A DNA stretch of 64,000 nt from an uncultured cyanobacterium (lineage in GTDB: Bacteria; Cyanobacteriota; Cyanobacteriia; PCC-6307; Cyanobiaceae), in NCBI GenBank assembly GCA_963765575.1, contig CAVXWZ010000011.1:704001-768000 (forward strand). The letters are read 5' to 3'. Position numbers and translations under genes: made by a program. Shown here piece after piece: positions 20,015-34,283 of the stretch. Under the pieces are notes generated by a model. It saw only the letters and a program-made list of their open reading frames with translations, made no database searches and was not told the origin of the DNA. Each line of letters opens with the position of its first letter. Position 1 is the first letter of the stretch.

Positions 20015-22186
20015 TCAGCGGAAGAACAGCAGTTCCTGGTAGGTGGGCAGGGGCCAGACAGCGTCGTCGACCAACATCTCCAAGCCATCAACGGCACCAC
20101 GAAGGGTTTCCATCAGTGGCAGAAGGGTGTTGGCGCAATAGTCCATCTGGGCTTGAACCTCGCCATGGGGAGCGGAGCCGATCGCGGCCTCCAGGGCGTT
20201 GCAGCCCTGTGTCAGCTCCTGGATGAGGCTGGAGATCTTGCCGGCTAGGCCCTTATCGGGGGAGAGGCCAAGTGTTTCCTGGTGATTCAGGGAACTGGAG
20301 AGATCACCAAGGTAAGTCATCACCGCTGGATAGATCTGGGTGCGAGCCATCTGCAGGGCGACCTTGGCTTCCACTTCGATAGCCAGAACGTACTGTTCGG
20401 CATAGACCTCAAAACGGCTCTCCAGCTCCACATCGCTCAAGACCCCTTCGCTGGTGAACAACTCGCGCACATCGGGACGCTTCAAGACCGCAAGTGCTTC
20501 AGCTGTGTTGTGGAGGTTTTCCAGCCCCCTCTCCTCAACAGCCTTGTGGTGCCATTCTTGGGAGTAGCCATCACCCCCAAACACCACATCACCATGCTTC
20601 TGCATAATGCCCTTGAGCACGGCGATTGAGGCCGTTTCAAGGGTTTCACCCGCAGCAATTTTTGCCTCCAGTTCGTCAGAAATGAAACGCAGCGAATCGG
20701 CGAGAACCGTGTTCATCGCCACCAGCGGGCCGGCCACCGACTGGTTGGAGCCGACGGCACGGAATTCGAAGCGGTTGCCGGTGAAGGCAAAGGGTGAGGT
20801 GCGATTGCGATCGCCTGGGTCCTTGGTGAATTCCGGCAGGGTATCGACACCAAGTTGCATCACACCAGCGGCAGCGGAACTGGTGACTTCTCCATTGAGA
20901 ATCTGCCTGTAGACCTCCTCGAGCTGGCTTCCGAGGTACACCGAGATGATCGCCGGTGGGGCTTCGTTGGCACCAAGACGATGGTCATTACCGGCCGTGG
21001 CGACCACGGCCCGCAGCAGGGGACCATAGAGATGCACACCCCGAATCACGGCGCCGCAGAACAGCAGGAACTGCATGTTCTTGTCAGGGGTGTCGCCGGG
21101 GTCGAGCAAGTTCCCCTGGGTGGCATTGCCCACTGACCAGTTGACGTGCTTACCAGAGCCGTTGATGCCCTCAAAGGGCTTTTCATGCAGCAGGCAGTTC
21201 ATGCCGTGCTTGCGGGCCGTGTTCTTCAACAGCGTCATGGTGAGCTGCTGGTGATCGGTGGCCACATTGGCGGCCTCAAAGAACGGAGCCAGCTCAAACT
21301 GTCCGGGAGCGACTTCGTTGTGGCGCGTCTTGGCGGGGATGCCAAGGGTGTACATCTGGCGCTCGACGTCCTGCATGAACACCTGCACCCGCTGGGGAAT
21401 GGCGCCGAAGTAGTGATCGTCGAACTGCTGGCCCTTGGCCGACGGTGCGCCGAACAGGGTGCGGCCCGCCAACAGGAGATCCGGGCGCAGGGAAAAGAAA
21501 GCGCTGTCGACCAGGAAGTATTCCTGCTCGGCCCCACAGCTGGAGTTGACCGGTGCCACCTCCTGATAGCCGATCAGTTTAAGCAACCTCTGGGCTTCGC
21601 GGTTCATCGCCGCGTTGGAGCGCAGCAGCGGCGTTTTCTTGTCAAGCGCTTCGCCTGTCCAGGAGATGAACACCGTGGGGATACAGAAGGTGATCCCGTT
21701 CGGGGTTTCCATCAGGAAGGCGGGACTGGTGATGTCCCATGCGGTGTATCCGCGGGCCTCAAAGGTGGAGCGGATCCCGCCGTTCGGGAAGGAGGAGCCA
21801 TCGGGCTCACCCTGAACCAACACCTTGCCTGTGAACTCGGTGATGGTGGAGCCGTCCCCCTGGACCGAAATGAAGCCGTCGTGCTTCTCGGCAGTGGAGT
21901 TGGTGAGCGGGTAGAAGACGTGGGCGTAGTAAAGAGCTCCGCGGCCTGTCGCCCATTCCTTCATGGCCTGGGCGACCACGTTGGCAACAGAAACGTCAAG
22001 TTTTCCGCCTTCCTTGACCGTCTTTTGAACTGACTTGAAAACTTCCTTCGGCAAGGCGGCCTTCATCTTGGCCAGATCGAAGACATCGTGGGCCCAGAGG
22101 TCCTGCAGGGGGGCGTTTGGAGGCGTTACCGCTGCCGGACGATCCTGAATCGTCTGAAAAGCGGAGACACGCAGCGCGCTGGGCAT
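20015..22186 (-). CDS. glnN: Glutamine synthetase type III
   Basis: 723 aa; [59 protein letters not shown]. Confidence 0.95.
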   Translation of the reverse strand: MPSALRVSAFQTIQDRPAAVTPPNAPLQDLWAHDVFDLAKMKAALPKEVFKSVQKTVKEGGKLDVSVANVVAQAMKEWATGRGALYYAHVFYPLTNSTAEKHDGFISVQGDGSTITEFTGKVLVQGEPDGSSFPNGGIRSTFEARGYTAWDITSPAFLMETPNGITFCIPTVFISWTGEALDKKTPLLRSNAAMNREAQRLLKLIGYQEVAPVNSSCGAEQEYFLVDSAFFSLRPDLLLAGRTLFGAPSAKGQQFDDHYFGAIPQRVQVFMQDVERQMYTLGIPAKTRHNEVAPGQFELAPFFEAANVATDHQQLTMTLLKNTARKHGMNCLLHEKPFEGINGSGKHVNWSVGNATQGNLLDPGDTPDKNMQFLLFCGAVIRGVHLYGPLLRAVVATAGNDHRLGANEAPPAIISVYLGSQLEEVYRQILNGEVTSSAAAGVMQLGVDTLPEFTKDPGDRNRTSPFAFTGNRFEFRAVGSNQSVAGPLVAMNTVLADSLRFISDELEAKIAAGETLETASIAVLKGIMQKHGDVVFGGDGYSQEWHHKAVEERGLENLHNTAEALAVLKRPDVRELFTSEGVLSDVELESRFEVYAEQYVLAIEVEAKVALQMARTQIYPAVMTYLGDLSSSLNHQETLGLSPDKGLAGKISSLIQELTQGCNALEAAIGSAPHGEVQAQMDYCANTLLPLMETLRGAVDGLEMLVDDAVWPLPTYQELLFFR

Positions 22187-22446
22187 GGGTCAAAAGATTG
22201 ATGCTCAGCCAACACCCAACTCCCTGGCCCGCCTCTTTGTTGCTGCCATTGATACCGGATCGGGGATGCCGGACCGGGATCAGGCCCCTCCAACCAGGGC
22301 ACGGGATGCTCCGGCCAAGGCACGGGATGCCACCGAGGCGGTGTGAGTAGAAATGCTTATGGCCTGCTTTCGGTAGTGGTTCAGGCAGCGCGCGGCCTGC
22401 CACCGGGCCGCATGGTGGTGCGTTGTTTCCACCCCTGTTCAGCGCC

Positions 22447-24888
<2,442 letters not shown>

Positions 24889-24985
24889 GGCCCCCATCGG
24901 ACAGCTCCATCCCCACCCCGCGGCCGGCTGTGCTGCAGGTGGCCCGCCCCGATCCTCAGCACCCCCTCAGCCAGGATGGGCGCTG

Positions 24986-25603
24986 ATGCTGGGGCCAACA
25001 GTGTTCGCAGGTCTGCCAGGCCCCAGGCCGGAGGTGGTGCTGGTCCGTCACGGTGAAACCGCCTGGAGCCGCTCCGGCCAGCACACCGGACGCACCGATG
25101 TTCCCCTCACGCCCCATGGCGAGGAGGTGGCGCGTCGGCTGGCGCCGGCCCTGGCGGGGCGTGACTTCGAGATGGTGCTCTGCAGCCCCCTGCAGCGGGC
25201 GCGGCACAGCTGCGAGCTGGCCGGCCTGGGCGCCCAGGCGCAGATCGAGCCGGATCTGATGGAGTGGGACTATGGCGCCTACGAGGGGCTCACCTCCGCG
25301 GAGATCGCCGCCGAGCGCCCGGACTGGCTGGTGTTCCGCGATGGCTGTCCGGGCGGGGAATCGCCCCAGGCCATCGGCACCCGGGTGGATCGGGTGATCG
25401 AGCGGGTGCGCTCGCTTGATGGCCCGCTGGCCCTGTTCGCCCATGGCCATGTGCTGCGGGTGCTGGGCGCCCGTTGGATCGGTCTGCCGCCCGCCGCTGG
25501 CGCCCATTTCCTGCTGGACACCTCTTCGCTCACGGTTTTGTCGTGGTATCGGGGGGTGCCGGCGATCGGCTGCTGGAACGCAGCCCCGGCGGCAGGCCCC
25601 TGA
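24986..25603 (+). CDS. Histidine phosphatase family protein
   Basis: LVRHGETAWS, SPLQRA, EWDYG, FAHGH. Confidence 0.9.
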   Translation: MLGPTVFAGLPGPRPEVVLVRHGETAWSRSGQHTGRTDVPLTPHGEEVARRLAPALAGRDFEMVLCSPLQRARHSCELAGLGAQAQIEPDLMEWDYGAYEGLTSAEIAAERPDWLVFRDGCPGGESPQAIGTRVDRVIERVRSLDGPLALFAHGHVLRVLGARWIGLPPAAGAHFLLDTSSLTVLSWYRGVPAIGCWNAAPAAGP

Positions 25604-25754
25604 TCCGTCTCCGGCCATCGGCTGCAAACGCTGTGTCAGATCTTCCGCCAGCGAGCTTCCACCGAGCCCACCACAACGCCAACCTTCAGATTGTGGGAGA
25701 TTCCGGCCACCCTGATTCCCTGAGCCTCAGCCTCCGCCAACTCGCTGCCCGCCC

Positions 25755-27675
25755 ATGACCTCCACCCAGACCAACGCCACCTTCCCGATCGATCTGGCCG
25801 CGTACCGGCCCCTGGCCCTCGATCCCGCCCGGCCTGAGCTCAGCCCGGCGGAGCGCGCCGACCTGCAGGCCAACATCCAGCTCTGCCGCGACGCCATCGT
25901 CTTCTTCACCGCCACGGGCGCGGCTCGGGGGGTGGGCGGTCACACCGGCGGTCCCTACGACACGGTGCCGGAGGTGATGCTGCTGGATGGGTTCTTCCGC
26001 GGCGATCCCGATCGCTTCGTGCCGATCGTCTTCGATGAGGCCGGCCATCGGGTGGCCACCCAGTACCTGCTGGCGGTGCTGCACGGCCATCTGCCCGCCG
26101 AGGCGCTGTTGCGCTACCGCGAGGCCCATGCGGGGCTGCCCGGCCACCCGGAACTCGGACTCACCCCCGGGGTGGCCTTCAGCTCGGGTCGGCTGGGCCA
26201 TCTCTGGCCCTTCGTCAACGGCCTGGCCCTGGCCCATCGCGATCGCGTGCTGGTGTGCCTGGGCTCCGATGGCGCCCAGCAGGAAGGCGATGACGCCGAG
26301 GCGGCCCGCTTTGCCGTGGCCCATGGCCTCAACGTCAAGCTCGTGATCGACGACAACGACGTCACCATCGCCGGCCACCCCTCGCAGTACCAGCCCGGCT
26401 ATGAACTGGAGCGCACCCTGGGTGGCCATGGACTCACCACCCTGGCCGGTGACGGCGAAGACCTCGACGATCTCTACCGGCGGCTGCGCCAGGCGATCCT
26501 CAGCGATGGTCCGGTGGCGGTGATCAACCGCCGCCCGATGGCGGTGGGCATCGAGGGCCTCGAAGGCTCCACCCACGGCCACGACGTGATCCCGGTGGAC
26601 AAGGCGATCGCCTATCTCGAGGCGCGAGGCCGCCAGGCGGCGGCAGACCACCTCGGCGCGATCACCAAACCCCACAATCCCACCGGCCGCCGCGGCAGTG
26701 GTGATCGCCTGGAGGCCAACCGCAACGTGTTTGGCGACACGGTGGTGGCGATCCTCAAGGACCTCGACAGCGATGCACGGCGCCGGCGCGTGCTCTGTGT
26801 GGACAGCGATCTGGAGGGCTCCTGCGGCCTGGCCCAGATCCGCAAGGCCTACCCGGAGATCTTCGTGAGCGGCGGGATCATGGAGCGGGCCAATTTCTCC
26901 GCCGCCGCCGGCTTCGGCATGGAGCAGGGCCGCCAAGGAATCTTCGCCACCTTCAGCGCCTTCCTGGAGATGTGCATCTCGGAGATCACCATGGCGCGGC
27001 TCAACGGCGCCAATGTGCTGTCCCATTTCTCCCATGCCGGCATCGACGACATGGCCGACAACACCTGCCATTTCGGCCTCAACAACCTGTTTGCCGACAA
27101 CGGGCTGGAGGAGGGCGACAGCACCCGCCTCTATTTCCCTGCCGACGCCGGCCAGATGCGGGCCTGCGTGCGGGCGGTCTTCGCGGATCCGGGGCTGCGC
27201 TTCGTGTTCTCCACCCGCTCCAAGGTGCCCAATCTGCTGGCTGCCGATGGCTCCGAGCTGCATGGGGATGGCTATGCCTTCCAGCCGGGCCGTGACGAGT
27301 GGGTCCGTCGGGGGAGCGATGGCGTGATCGTGAGCTTCGGCGAAAGCCTCTATCGCTGCCCTCGATGCCGTGGAGCAGCTGCGCGATGAGGGACTGGATG
27401 TGGGCCTGGTGAACAAAGCCACCCTCAACGTGGTGGATGAGGAGATGCTCGCCGAGCTGGGCCGCCAGCCCTTCGTGCTGGTGGTGGAGAGCTTCAATCG
27501 CCGCACCGGCCTGGGCAGCCGCTTCGGCACCTGGCTGCTGGAGCGTGGGCTGACACCCCGCTACGGCCATCTGGGCACCTGGCGTGAGGGCTGCGGCGGC
27601 CTCTGGGAGCAGTTCCCGCACCAGGGCATCGATGCCGCAGGGATCATCAGCCACGTGCGCGGACTGCTGGGCTGA
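25755..27675 (+). CDS. Atypical transketolase-like ThDP enzyme, split by a one-base frameshift at ~27357-27361
   Basis: GGHTGG, LPGHPE, SSGRLGH, GSDGAQQEG...DDND ThDP motif, GIMER, FATFSAF; C-terminal domain continues in ORF 27370..27675. Confidence 0.82.
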
Positions 27676-27774
27676 AGGCCGTTGGCTTCTGTGCGTTAAC
27701 CCTCACCCACTTTGCCTTTAGGCCGCTCTTAGACCAGCCTGGCCAGGATGCGCAAAGGAGCCAGTCGTCTCGCC

Positions 27775-30192
27775 ATGACCTTCACCCTCGAGCCCACTGC
27801 CACAGCGGTCCCGACCCCGGCCAGCAGCGAGGAGCTGCAGAGGATCGACGCCTGGTGGCGGGCCGCCAACTACCTGGCGGTGGGGATGATCTACCTGCGT
27901 GACAACCCGCTGCTGCGCGAACCGCTGCGGCCCGAGCACATCAAGAGCCGGCTGCTGGGGCACTGGGGATCCAGTCCTGGCCAGGCGTTCATCTGGGCGC
28001 ACGCCAACCGGCTGATCCGGCAGCGGGATCTGGACATGATCTACCTCTCGGGTCCTGGCCACGGCGCCCCCGGCGTGCTGGCCCCCACCTATCTCGATGG
28101 CTCCTACAGCGAGATCTATCCGGACAAGTCGCAGGACGCTGTGGGCATGCAGCGGTTCATGAAGCAGTTTTCGTTCCCCGGCCACATCGGCAGCCACTGC
28201 ACCCCGGAAACCCCCGGCTCGATTCACGAGGGCGGTGAACTGGGCTACGTGCTCTCCCACGCCTGCGGGGCGGTGTTCGACAACCCGGAGCTGATCGCCA
28301 TCGCCTGCGTGGGCGACGGCGAGGCCGAAACCGGGCCCCTGGCCACCAGCTGGCACATCAACAAATTTCTCAACCCGATCGGTGACGGCGCCGTGCTGCC
28401 GGTGCTGCACCTCAACGGCTACAAGATCGCCAATCCCACCCTGCTGGCCCGCATCCCCAAGGAGGAGCTGGCCAGCCTGATGCGTGGCTACGGCTGGGAG
28501 CCCCTGTTTGTGGAGGGCCACGAACCCATGGCCATGCACCAGGCCATGGCTGCGGCGATGGATGAGGCCATCGCCAGGATCCAGAGCATCCGCGCCGAGG
28601 CCCGTGCCAGTGGCGAGGCGGTGCGGCCGGCCTGGCCGATGATCGTGCTGCGCTCCCCCAAGGGCTGGACCGGTCCCAAGGCGCTGGGTAATAAGAAGCT
28701 CGAGAATTTCTGGCGCGCCCACCAGGTGCCCCTGGCCGCTCCCCAGAGCGATCCTGTCCAGCTGCAGATGCTGGAGGACTGGATGAAGAGCTACCGGCCC
28801 TGGGAGCTCTTTGATGCTGACGGCACCCTCATCCCTGAGCTCAAGGAGCTCTCGCCGCGGGGGGCCCTGCGGATGGGTTCCAACCCCCACGCCAACGGCG
28901 GCCTGCTGCGCCACAAACTGCACCTGCCGCCGATCGAAACCTATGCCGTGGCCCTGCAGGGACCCGGCCAGAGCGAGGCCGAGAACACCTACCCGTTGGG
29001 GGAGCTGCTGCGCGACGCCATCGGCCTCAATCCAGATTCCCTGCGGGTGTTTGGTCCCGATGAAACGGCCTCCAACCGGCTGCAGGCGATCTATGAGCGC
29101 AGCAAGAAGGTGTGGATGGAAGAGCTCCTGCCCGAAGACATGAACGGCAGCGAGCTGGCCCGCAATGGCCGGGTGGTGGAGATGCTCAGCGAGCACACCC
29201 TGGTGGGGATGATGGAGGGCTATCTGCTCACCGGCCGCTATGGCTTCTTCCACACCTACGAGGCCTTTGCCCATGTGATCGCCTCGATGTTCAACCAGCA
29301 CGCCAAGTGGCTGGAGAGTTGCATCCACCACGCCCCCTGGCGGGCGCCGATCGGCCCCTGGAACTGCCTGATCTCCTCCACGGTGTGGCGCCAGGACCAC
29401 AACGGCTTCACCCACCAGGACCCGGGCTTCATCGACCTGGCCGGCAACAAGAGTGGCGAGGTGGTGCGGGTGTACATGCCGGCTGATGCCAACTGTCTGC
29501 TGGCGGTGGCTGAGGAGGCGCTGGTGGAGAGCAACGTCTGCAACATCATCGTTTCCGATAAGCAGAAACACCTGCAGTATCTTGCCCTCGATCAGGCCCG
29601 CGCCCACGTGGCCAAGGGCATCGGCCTGTGGAGCTGGGCCAGCAACGACGACTGCGGCACGGAGCCCGATGAGCCCGATGTTGTGATGGCCTGCGCCGGC
29701 GACATCCCCACCAAGGAGACCCTGGCGGCGGTGGAAATCCTGCGGCGTGAAACCCCCAATCTCAAGATCCGCGTGCTCAACGTTGTCAAGCTCTTTGCTC
29801 TGACCAACCCGGAGGAACATCCGCACGGCTTGAGTGATCGAGATTTCGACACCCTGTTCACCAAAAACAGGCCGGTGATGTTCAACTTCCATGGTTATCC
29901 TTGGCTGATTCACCGTCTCACCTATCGCCGTACCAACCACGCCAACATCCACGTGCGTGGTTATAAGGAAAAGGGCAACATCAACACGCCCCTGGAGCTG
30001 GCGATGAACAACCAGATTGACCGCTTCAACCTGGTGATTGATGTCATCGACCGGGTGCCTGGCCTGGGCTCAAGGGCGGCGCATATCAAGGAGCGCATGA
30101 AGGAGGAAATCCTCAGCCACCGCGCCTATGCCCATGAGCACGGCATGGACGACCCCACCATCACCCACTGGCGCTGGGGACTTCAGGCCTGA
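27775..30192 (+). CDS. xfp: Phosphoketolase (Xfp/Xpk)
   Basis: [55 protein letters not shown]. Confidence 0.95.
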   Translation: MTFTLEPTATAVPTPASSEELQRIDAWWRAANYLAVGMIYLRDNPLLREPLRPEHIKSRLLGHWGSSPGQAFIWAHANRLIRQRDLDMIYLSGPGHGAPGVLAPTYLDGSYSEIYPDKSQDAVGMQRFMKQFSFPGHIGSHCTPETPGSIHEGGELGYVLSHACGAVFDNPELIAIACVGDGEAETGPLATSWHINKFLNPIGDGAVLPVLHLNGYKIANPTLLARIPKEELASLMRGYGWEPLFVEGHEPMAMHQAMAAAMDEAIARIQSIRAEARASGEAVRPAWPMIVLRSPKGWTGPKALGNKKLENFWRAHQVPLAAPQSDPVQLQMLEDWMKSYRPWELFDADGTLIPELKELSPRGALRMGSNPHANGGLLRHKLHLPPIETYAVALQGPGQSEAENTYPLGELLRDAIGLNPDSLRVFGPDETASNRLQAIYERSKKVWMEELLPEDMNGSELARNGRVVEMLSEHTLVGMMEGYLLTGRYGFFHTYEAFAHVIASMFNQHAKWLESCIHHAPWRAPIGPWNCLISSTVWRQDHNGFTHQDPGFIDLAGNKSGEVVRVYMPADANCLLAVAEEALVESNVCNIIVSDKQKHLQYLALDQARAHVAKGIGLWSWASNDDCGTEPDEPDVVMACAGDIPTKETLAAVEILRRETPNLKIRVLNVVKLFALTNPEEHPHGLSDRDFDTLFTKNRPVMFNFHGYPWLIHRLTYRRTNHANIHVRGYKEKGNINTPLELAMNNQIDRFNLVIDVIDRVPGLGSRAAHIKERMKEEILSHRAYAHEHGMDDPTITHWRWGLQA

Positions 30193-31472
30193 TCCAGGGC
30201 CGCTGTGATCGCGGCGTAGCAGCGCTCGAGCTGCGCGTCGCTCAGGCACAGGGGCGGCAGCAGATACACCACATGCCCCAGGGGCCGCACGTAGACCCCG
30301 GCCTCCAGGCAGTGGTCCTGGATCCGACGCCCCACGGCGCTGAGGTAGCCGGGCTGCTCCACCGCCACATCAAAGGCGGCCACGGTGCCCAGGCAGCGGG
30401 GCCGCCGCACCCGCTGGTGCTTGGCGAGGGCCTCCAGCAACGGCCGGTGGCGGGCCTCGAAGCCCTTGTAGCGCTGGGGGTGGGCGTCCAGCAGGTCGAG
30501 GCTGGCCAGGGCGGCGGCACAGCCCAGCGGGTTGGCGGTGAAACTGTGGCCGTGGAAGAAGGTGGCCTGGGGGTCGTCGCTGATGAATCCCTGATACAGC
30601 CGTTCGCTGGCCAGGGTCACCCCCATGGGCAGAAAGCCACCGGTGAGGCCCTTGGAGAGGGCCATCAGGTCGGGGCGGATGCCAGCGCGGTGGCAGGCGA
30701 ACAGCGCCCCGGTGCGACCGAAGCCGGTCATCACCTCATCGGCGATCAGCAGCGCCCCGGCGGCCCGAACCCGCTCGGCCACGGCCTGCACAAAGGCCGG
30801 CCGCACCATCGCCATGCCGGAGGCCCCCTGGATCAGCGGCTCCAGGATCACCGCCGCGGTGGGGGTCTGCAGGGCAGCCTCCAGCTGGGCCAGGGCGGTG
30901 CGCTCGCGCGCTGCCGGGTCGTGGTCATGCCAGCAGGTGTGGGGCCAGTTCACCCGCGCTACCGCGAACAGCAGCGGCTCATAGGGCTCCGTGAACAAGC
31001 CGCGGGCCCCCACCGCCATCGCCCCCACGGTGTCGCCGTGGTAAGCGCCGCTGAAGGCGATCAGCTGGCTGCGCGGTTCGCCGCGATTGCGCCACCACTG
31101 CCAGGCGATCTTGAGGGCCACCTCCACGGCGGTGGAGCCGTTGTCGGAGAAGAACAGCCGCTCCAGGCCGCTCAGGGCGCTGAGGCGCTCGGCCAGCCGT
31201 TCCGCCGGCTGATGGCTGAAGTTGGCGAAGATCACCTGCTCCAGCTCGCCCGCCTGGCGCGCGATCGCGGCGGCGATGCTGGGCTCGGCGTGGCCGTGCA
31301 GGGTCACCCACCAGCTGCTGATGGCATCGATCAGACGGCGGCCGTCCTCGAGTTCGAGCTCGGCGCCGGCTCCGCGCCGTACCCGCAGCGGCGGCAGGGC
31401 GGTGCGCACCTGGGTGGTGGGATGCCAGAGGTGGGGGTGCCACGCGGCAGGCGGCTGCCCTGGAGAGGTCAC
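30183..31472 (-). CDS. bioA: Adenosylmethionine-8-amino-7-oxononanoate transaminase
   Basis: [68 protein letters not shown]; start approximate. Confidence 0.9.
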   Translation of the reverse strand: MTSPGQPPAAWHPHLWHPTTQVRTALPPLRVRRGAGAELELEDGRRLIDAISSWWVTLHGHAEPSIAAAIARQAGELEQVIFANFSHQPAERLAERLSALSGLERLFFSDNGSTAVEVALKIAWQWWRNRGEPRSQLIAFSGAYHGDTVGAMAVGARGLFTEPYEPLLFAVARVNWPHTCWHDHDPAARERTALAQLEAALQTPTAAVILEPLIQGASGMAMVRPAFVQAVAERVRAAGALLIADEVMTGFGRTGALFACHRAGIRPDLMALSKGLTGGFLPMGVTLASERLYQGFISDDPQATFFHGHSFTANPLGCAAALASLDLLDAHPQRYKGFEARHRPLLEALAKHQRVRRPRCLGTVAAFDVAVEQPGYLSAVGRRIQDHCLEAGVYVRPLGHVVYLLPPLCLSDAQLERCYAAITAALDQA

Positions 31473-31619
31473 CGGCGGGCGAAGGCGGGGGATGGACAAG
31501 TCTGCAGGGCCTGGCTGCAGCGGGGCCGGCGGTGAATTTGTGTGAGGGTTGCCGCAGCGGTGGCCATGGCGGGCGGGGGGATCGATACGGTCCGCCCAGA
31601 TGGTGAGCATTCCCCTTTC

Positions 31620-32375
31620 ATGACCCTGCCTCTGCTCGACAGCCGCCCTTCGGCGATCAATGCCCGCGTCGCCAACTTCCTCCCGCCGGTGATGAGACCC
31701 CCCGCCAGGCACCGCGCGTCCCTCGCCGGTGACAGCTCCGCCAGCGCCGAGCTGATCGAGCAGGCCTATCGCCAGATCTTCTTCCATGCCTTCAGCGTGG
31801 ATCGGGATCCGGTGCTGGAGATGCGCCTGCGCAGTGGTCAGATCAGCGTGCGCGGCTTCATCCGCGGCCTGCTGCTCTCCGACAAGTTCCGCGACGACTT
31901 CTACCGCTGCAACAGCAATTACCGGGTGGTGGAGCAGGTGGTGGGTCGGGTTCTCGGCCGCCCCGTCTATGGCCAGCAGGAGAGCATCCGCTGGTCGATC
32001 GTGATCGCTCAGCAGGGCTTGCCGGCCTTCGTGGATGCCCTGCTGGATTCCCCCGAGTACCTCGAGCATTTCGGAGAGGATCAGGTGCCCTTCCAGCGCT
32101 CGCGGGTGCTGGCTGGACGCGGCGTCGGTGAGCGTCCCTTCAACCAGCAGGCCCCCCGCTACGACGCCTACTGGCGCGATGTGATGTCCCGCCGCGCCCC
32201 CGCTGGCGGATCCCCCTGGACCATGGGAACGGCGCGGCCGGCCTGGCTGGCGGGTCAGCCCAGTCCCCGGGTGCGCCAGCTCTGGCAGGGGATCGTCACC
32301 ACCGGTGGTTTCATCGTCACCGGCATTGTGCTCTGGACGGCCTTCGCCATGCTCAGCACCGGCGGCCAGGGCTGA
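31620..32375 (+). CDS. cpcL: Phycobilisome rod linker CpcG family with hydrophobic C-terminus (CpcL type)
   Basis: MTLPLL..N.RV, LIEQAYRQIFFHAF, QISVRGFIRGL, NSNYR, ALLDSPEY; C-terminal TM segment GGFIVTGIVLWTAFAML. Confidence 0.82.
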   Translation: MTLPLLDSRPSAINARVANFLPPVMRPPARHRASLAGDSSASAELIEQAYRQIFFHAFSVDRDPVLEMRLRSGQISVRGFIRGLLLSDKFRDDFYRCNSNYRVVEQVVGRVLGRPVYGQQESIRWSIVIAQQGLPAFVDALLDSPEYLEHFGEDQVPFQRSRVLAGRGVGERPFNQQAPRYDAYWRDVMSRRAPAGGSPWTMGTARPAWLAGQPSPRVRQLWQGIVTTGGFIVTGIVLWTAFAMLSTGGQG

Positions 32376-32420
32376 ACCCAGGCCCTGGGGCCGCCGGGTG
32401 CAGTCCTGCAGAGCCGGGGT

Positions 32421-33068
32421 TCAACTCTGCAGCGATGGAAAGCTGGTGCGCATCCGCTCGCCCAGCTCGGCGGCCACGCGGCTGCGGAAGGGACCAGCGG
32501 CTTCGGCGTCGAGCACGGGATAGGTGCTGTCACTGCCGTGTTCGCCGCGCAGCGGTTTCCAGCTGGTGCGCTCGCGCTGTTTGAGTTCCTCGAGGGGTGC
32601 GTTGAAATCGAACTCCAGATTGCGGTCGTCACTGGCGACGGTGGCGATCAGCTGCTCCCGCAGCGCCACCAGCCCCCGGGCCTTGAGGGTGTCGGGCAGC
32701 CCCAGCACCGGCTGCAGCTCCTCAAGCAGCCGCAGTTCCTCCTCCAGAAGCACTGGCCAGGCCCCCTGCTCGCCATCGGCCAGCCCCTGCTCCTGGGGGC
32801 TGGCCCGCATGGCCTCGAGGTGAAAGGCCAGCCAGCGGTAATGGGATTTTTCCGGCAGGGTCTTCTTCAGAGAGCTCTTGGTCCCACTCGGGCGTTTCGG
32901 CAGCGCCGCCTCGACCTTGCGCAGGAAGGCCCGGTCTTCGGGTTCGAGATTGATCGCTCCCCAGCGGTGGCGGTAATCCCACAGCTCGGCATAGCGGCGC
33001 ACGTCGTCCGCGGCCCAGCCCAAGCCCTGCAGCTCATCGGCTCTGCTGATCTCGTCCTTGGTCACCAC
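32421..33068 (-). CDS. Conserved-type hypothetical protein
   Basis: 215-aa ORF, protein-like (YAELWDYRHRWGAINLEPEDRAFLRK). Confidence 0.75.
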   Translation of the reverse strand: MVTKDEISRADELQGLGWAADDVRRYAELWDYRHRWGAINLEPEDRAFLRKVEAALPKRPSGTKSSLKKTLPEKSHYRWLAFHLEAMRASPQEQGLADGEQGAWPVLLEEELRLLEELQPVLGLPDTLKARGLVALREQLIATVASDDRNLEFDFNAPLEELKQRERTSWKPLRGEHGSDSTYPVLDAEAAGPFRSRVAAELGERMRTSFPSLQS

Positions 33069-33101
33069 AGGCGCCCATGCAGCTCTCAGGCAGCGTAGGG
33101 G

Positions 33102-33740
33102 TCAGCCCATGGCCTGCCCCAGGGCCCCCAGGCCGAACAGCAAGAACAGCCCACCGCTGAGCCGGTAGAGCAGCCGTTCATCCACCCGCTGGCCGATCCA
33201 GCGGCCTGCCCCCACCGCCAGGGCGGTGACCAGGGCATGGCCGGCCAGGGCCCCGGCCACCAGGCCGCCGAAGGCGAAGCTGGGGGCCGTCGCCAGCAGG
33301 ATCGTGGCGAACTGGGTGCGATCCCCCATCTCCGCCACGAACACCAGGCTGAACGCCTCCCAGGTCACCGGCAGCGGGCGGCTGATCGGCCGCTGCCGCT
33401 CGGCTGCGTTCACCGCCAGTTCGGCCTCCTCGGCCTCATCGTGGGCGGCGTCGCCAGGCAGTGCCTGGGCCTCCAGCAGCAGCTTGCCGCCGAAGGCCAG
33501 GAACAGCAGGGCGGCCAGCCAGGGCAGCAGGCGCTCGGGCAGCAGCTCGCGCAGCCCGAAACCCACCCCCAGCGACAGCAGGGTGACGAGGGCGAGGGCG
33601 GCGAAGCTGCCCAGGAACACCCAGCGTCGCTGGTGACGGGCCGCCAGGATCAGCGCCATGAAGAAGGTCTTGTCCCCCAGCTCGGCCAGGGTGATGGCGC
33701 CGAAGCTGGAGCCGAAGGCCGTCAGGGCGGGATCGCTCAC
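33102..33740 (-). CDS. TMEM165/GDT1 (UPF0016) Mn2+/Ca2+ transporter
   Basis: Two signature motifs ELGDKT and EMGDRTQ. Confidence 0.9.
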   Translation of the reverse strand: MSDPALTAFGSSFGAITLAELGDKTFFMALILAARHQRRWVFLGSFAALALVTLLSLGVGFGLRELLPERLLPWLAALLFLAFGGKLLLEAQALPGDAAHDEAEEAELAVNAAERQRPISRPLPVTWEAFSLVFVAEMGDRTQFATILLATAPSFAFGGLVAGALAGHALVTALAVGAGRWIGQRVDERLLYRLSGGLFLLFGLGALGQAMG

Positions 33741-33757
33741 AGATACTCCCCGATTCC

Positions 33758-34204
33758 CTAGCGCACTACCAGCACGGGGCAGCTGCTGCCGAGCAGCACC
33801 CGCTGGGTTTCGCTGCCGATCAGCAGGCCCTCCAGCCCTCGCCGGCCGTGGGAGCCCATCACAATCAGGTCACAGCCCGTGGCGTTGGCCTCCTCAAGAA
33901 TCGCCTTGTGGGGCAGGGGGTGCATCACCGCCGTGTGCTCGGCCCGCACGCCGGCTTTGGCGGCCACGGCGGTGGCCTCCTGCAGGATCGTCTCGGCCCG
34001 CTTGCTCGCTGCCTCCACCAGGGCCTCGATGGTGCTGGCCTCCACCAGTTCACCCACCCCAACCAGGCTGATGGGGTAGTTGTTCTGCACGTGCAGGAAA
34101 CGCACCTGGGCCCCGAGGGCGGCGGCCAGGTTCACGGCCTCCTGGACCGCTCGTCCGGAGATCTCCGAGCCATCGGTGGGAACGAGCAGATGGTGGTAGG
34201 GCAT
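33758..34204 (-). CDS. Universal stress protein
   Basis: LLVPTDGS, DLIVMGSHGRRG...IGSET, CPVLVVR. Confidence 0.93.
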   Translation of the reverse strand: MPYHHLLVPTDGSEISGRAVQEAVNLAAALGAQVRFLHVQNNYPISLVGVGELVEASTIEALVEAASKRAETILQEATAVAAKAGVRAEHTAVMHPLPHKAILEEANATGCDLIVMGSHGRRGLEGLLIGSETQRVLLGSSCPVLVVR

Positions 34205-34283
34205 GGGGGCACGATCGGCAGCTCCGGTTTAATCCACCCGGCGACTTCTGGCACCTGACACCCGGTTTCGCTGCCCAGCTGTT

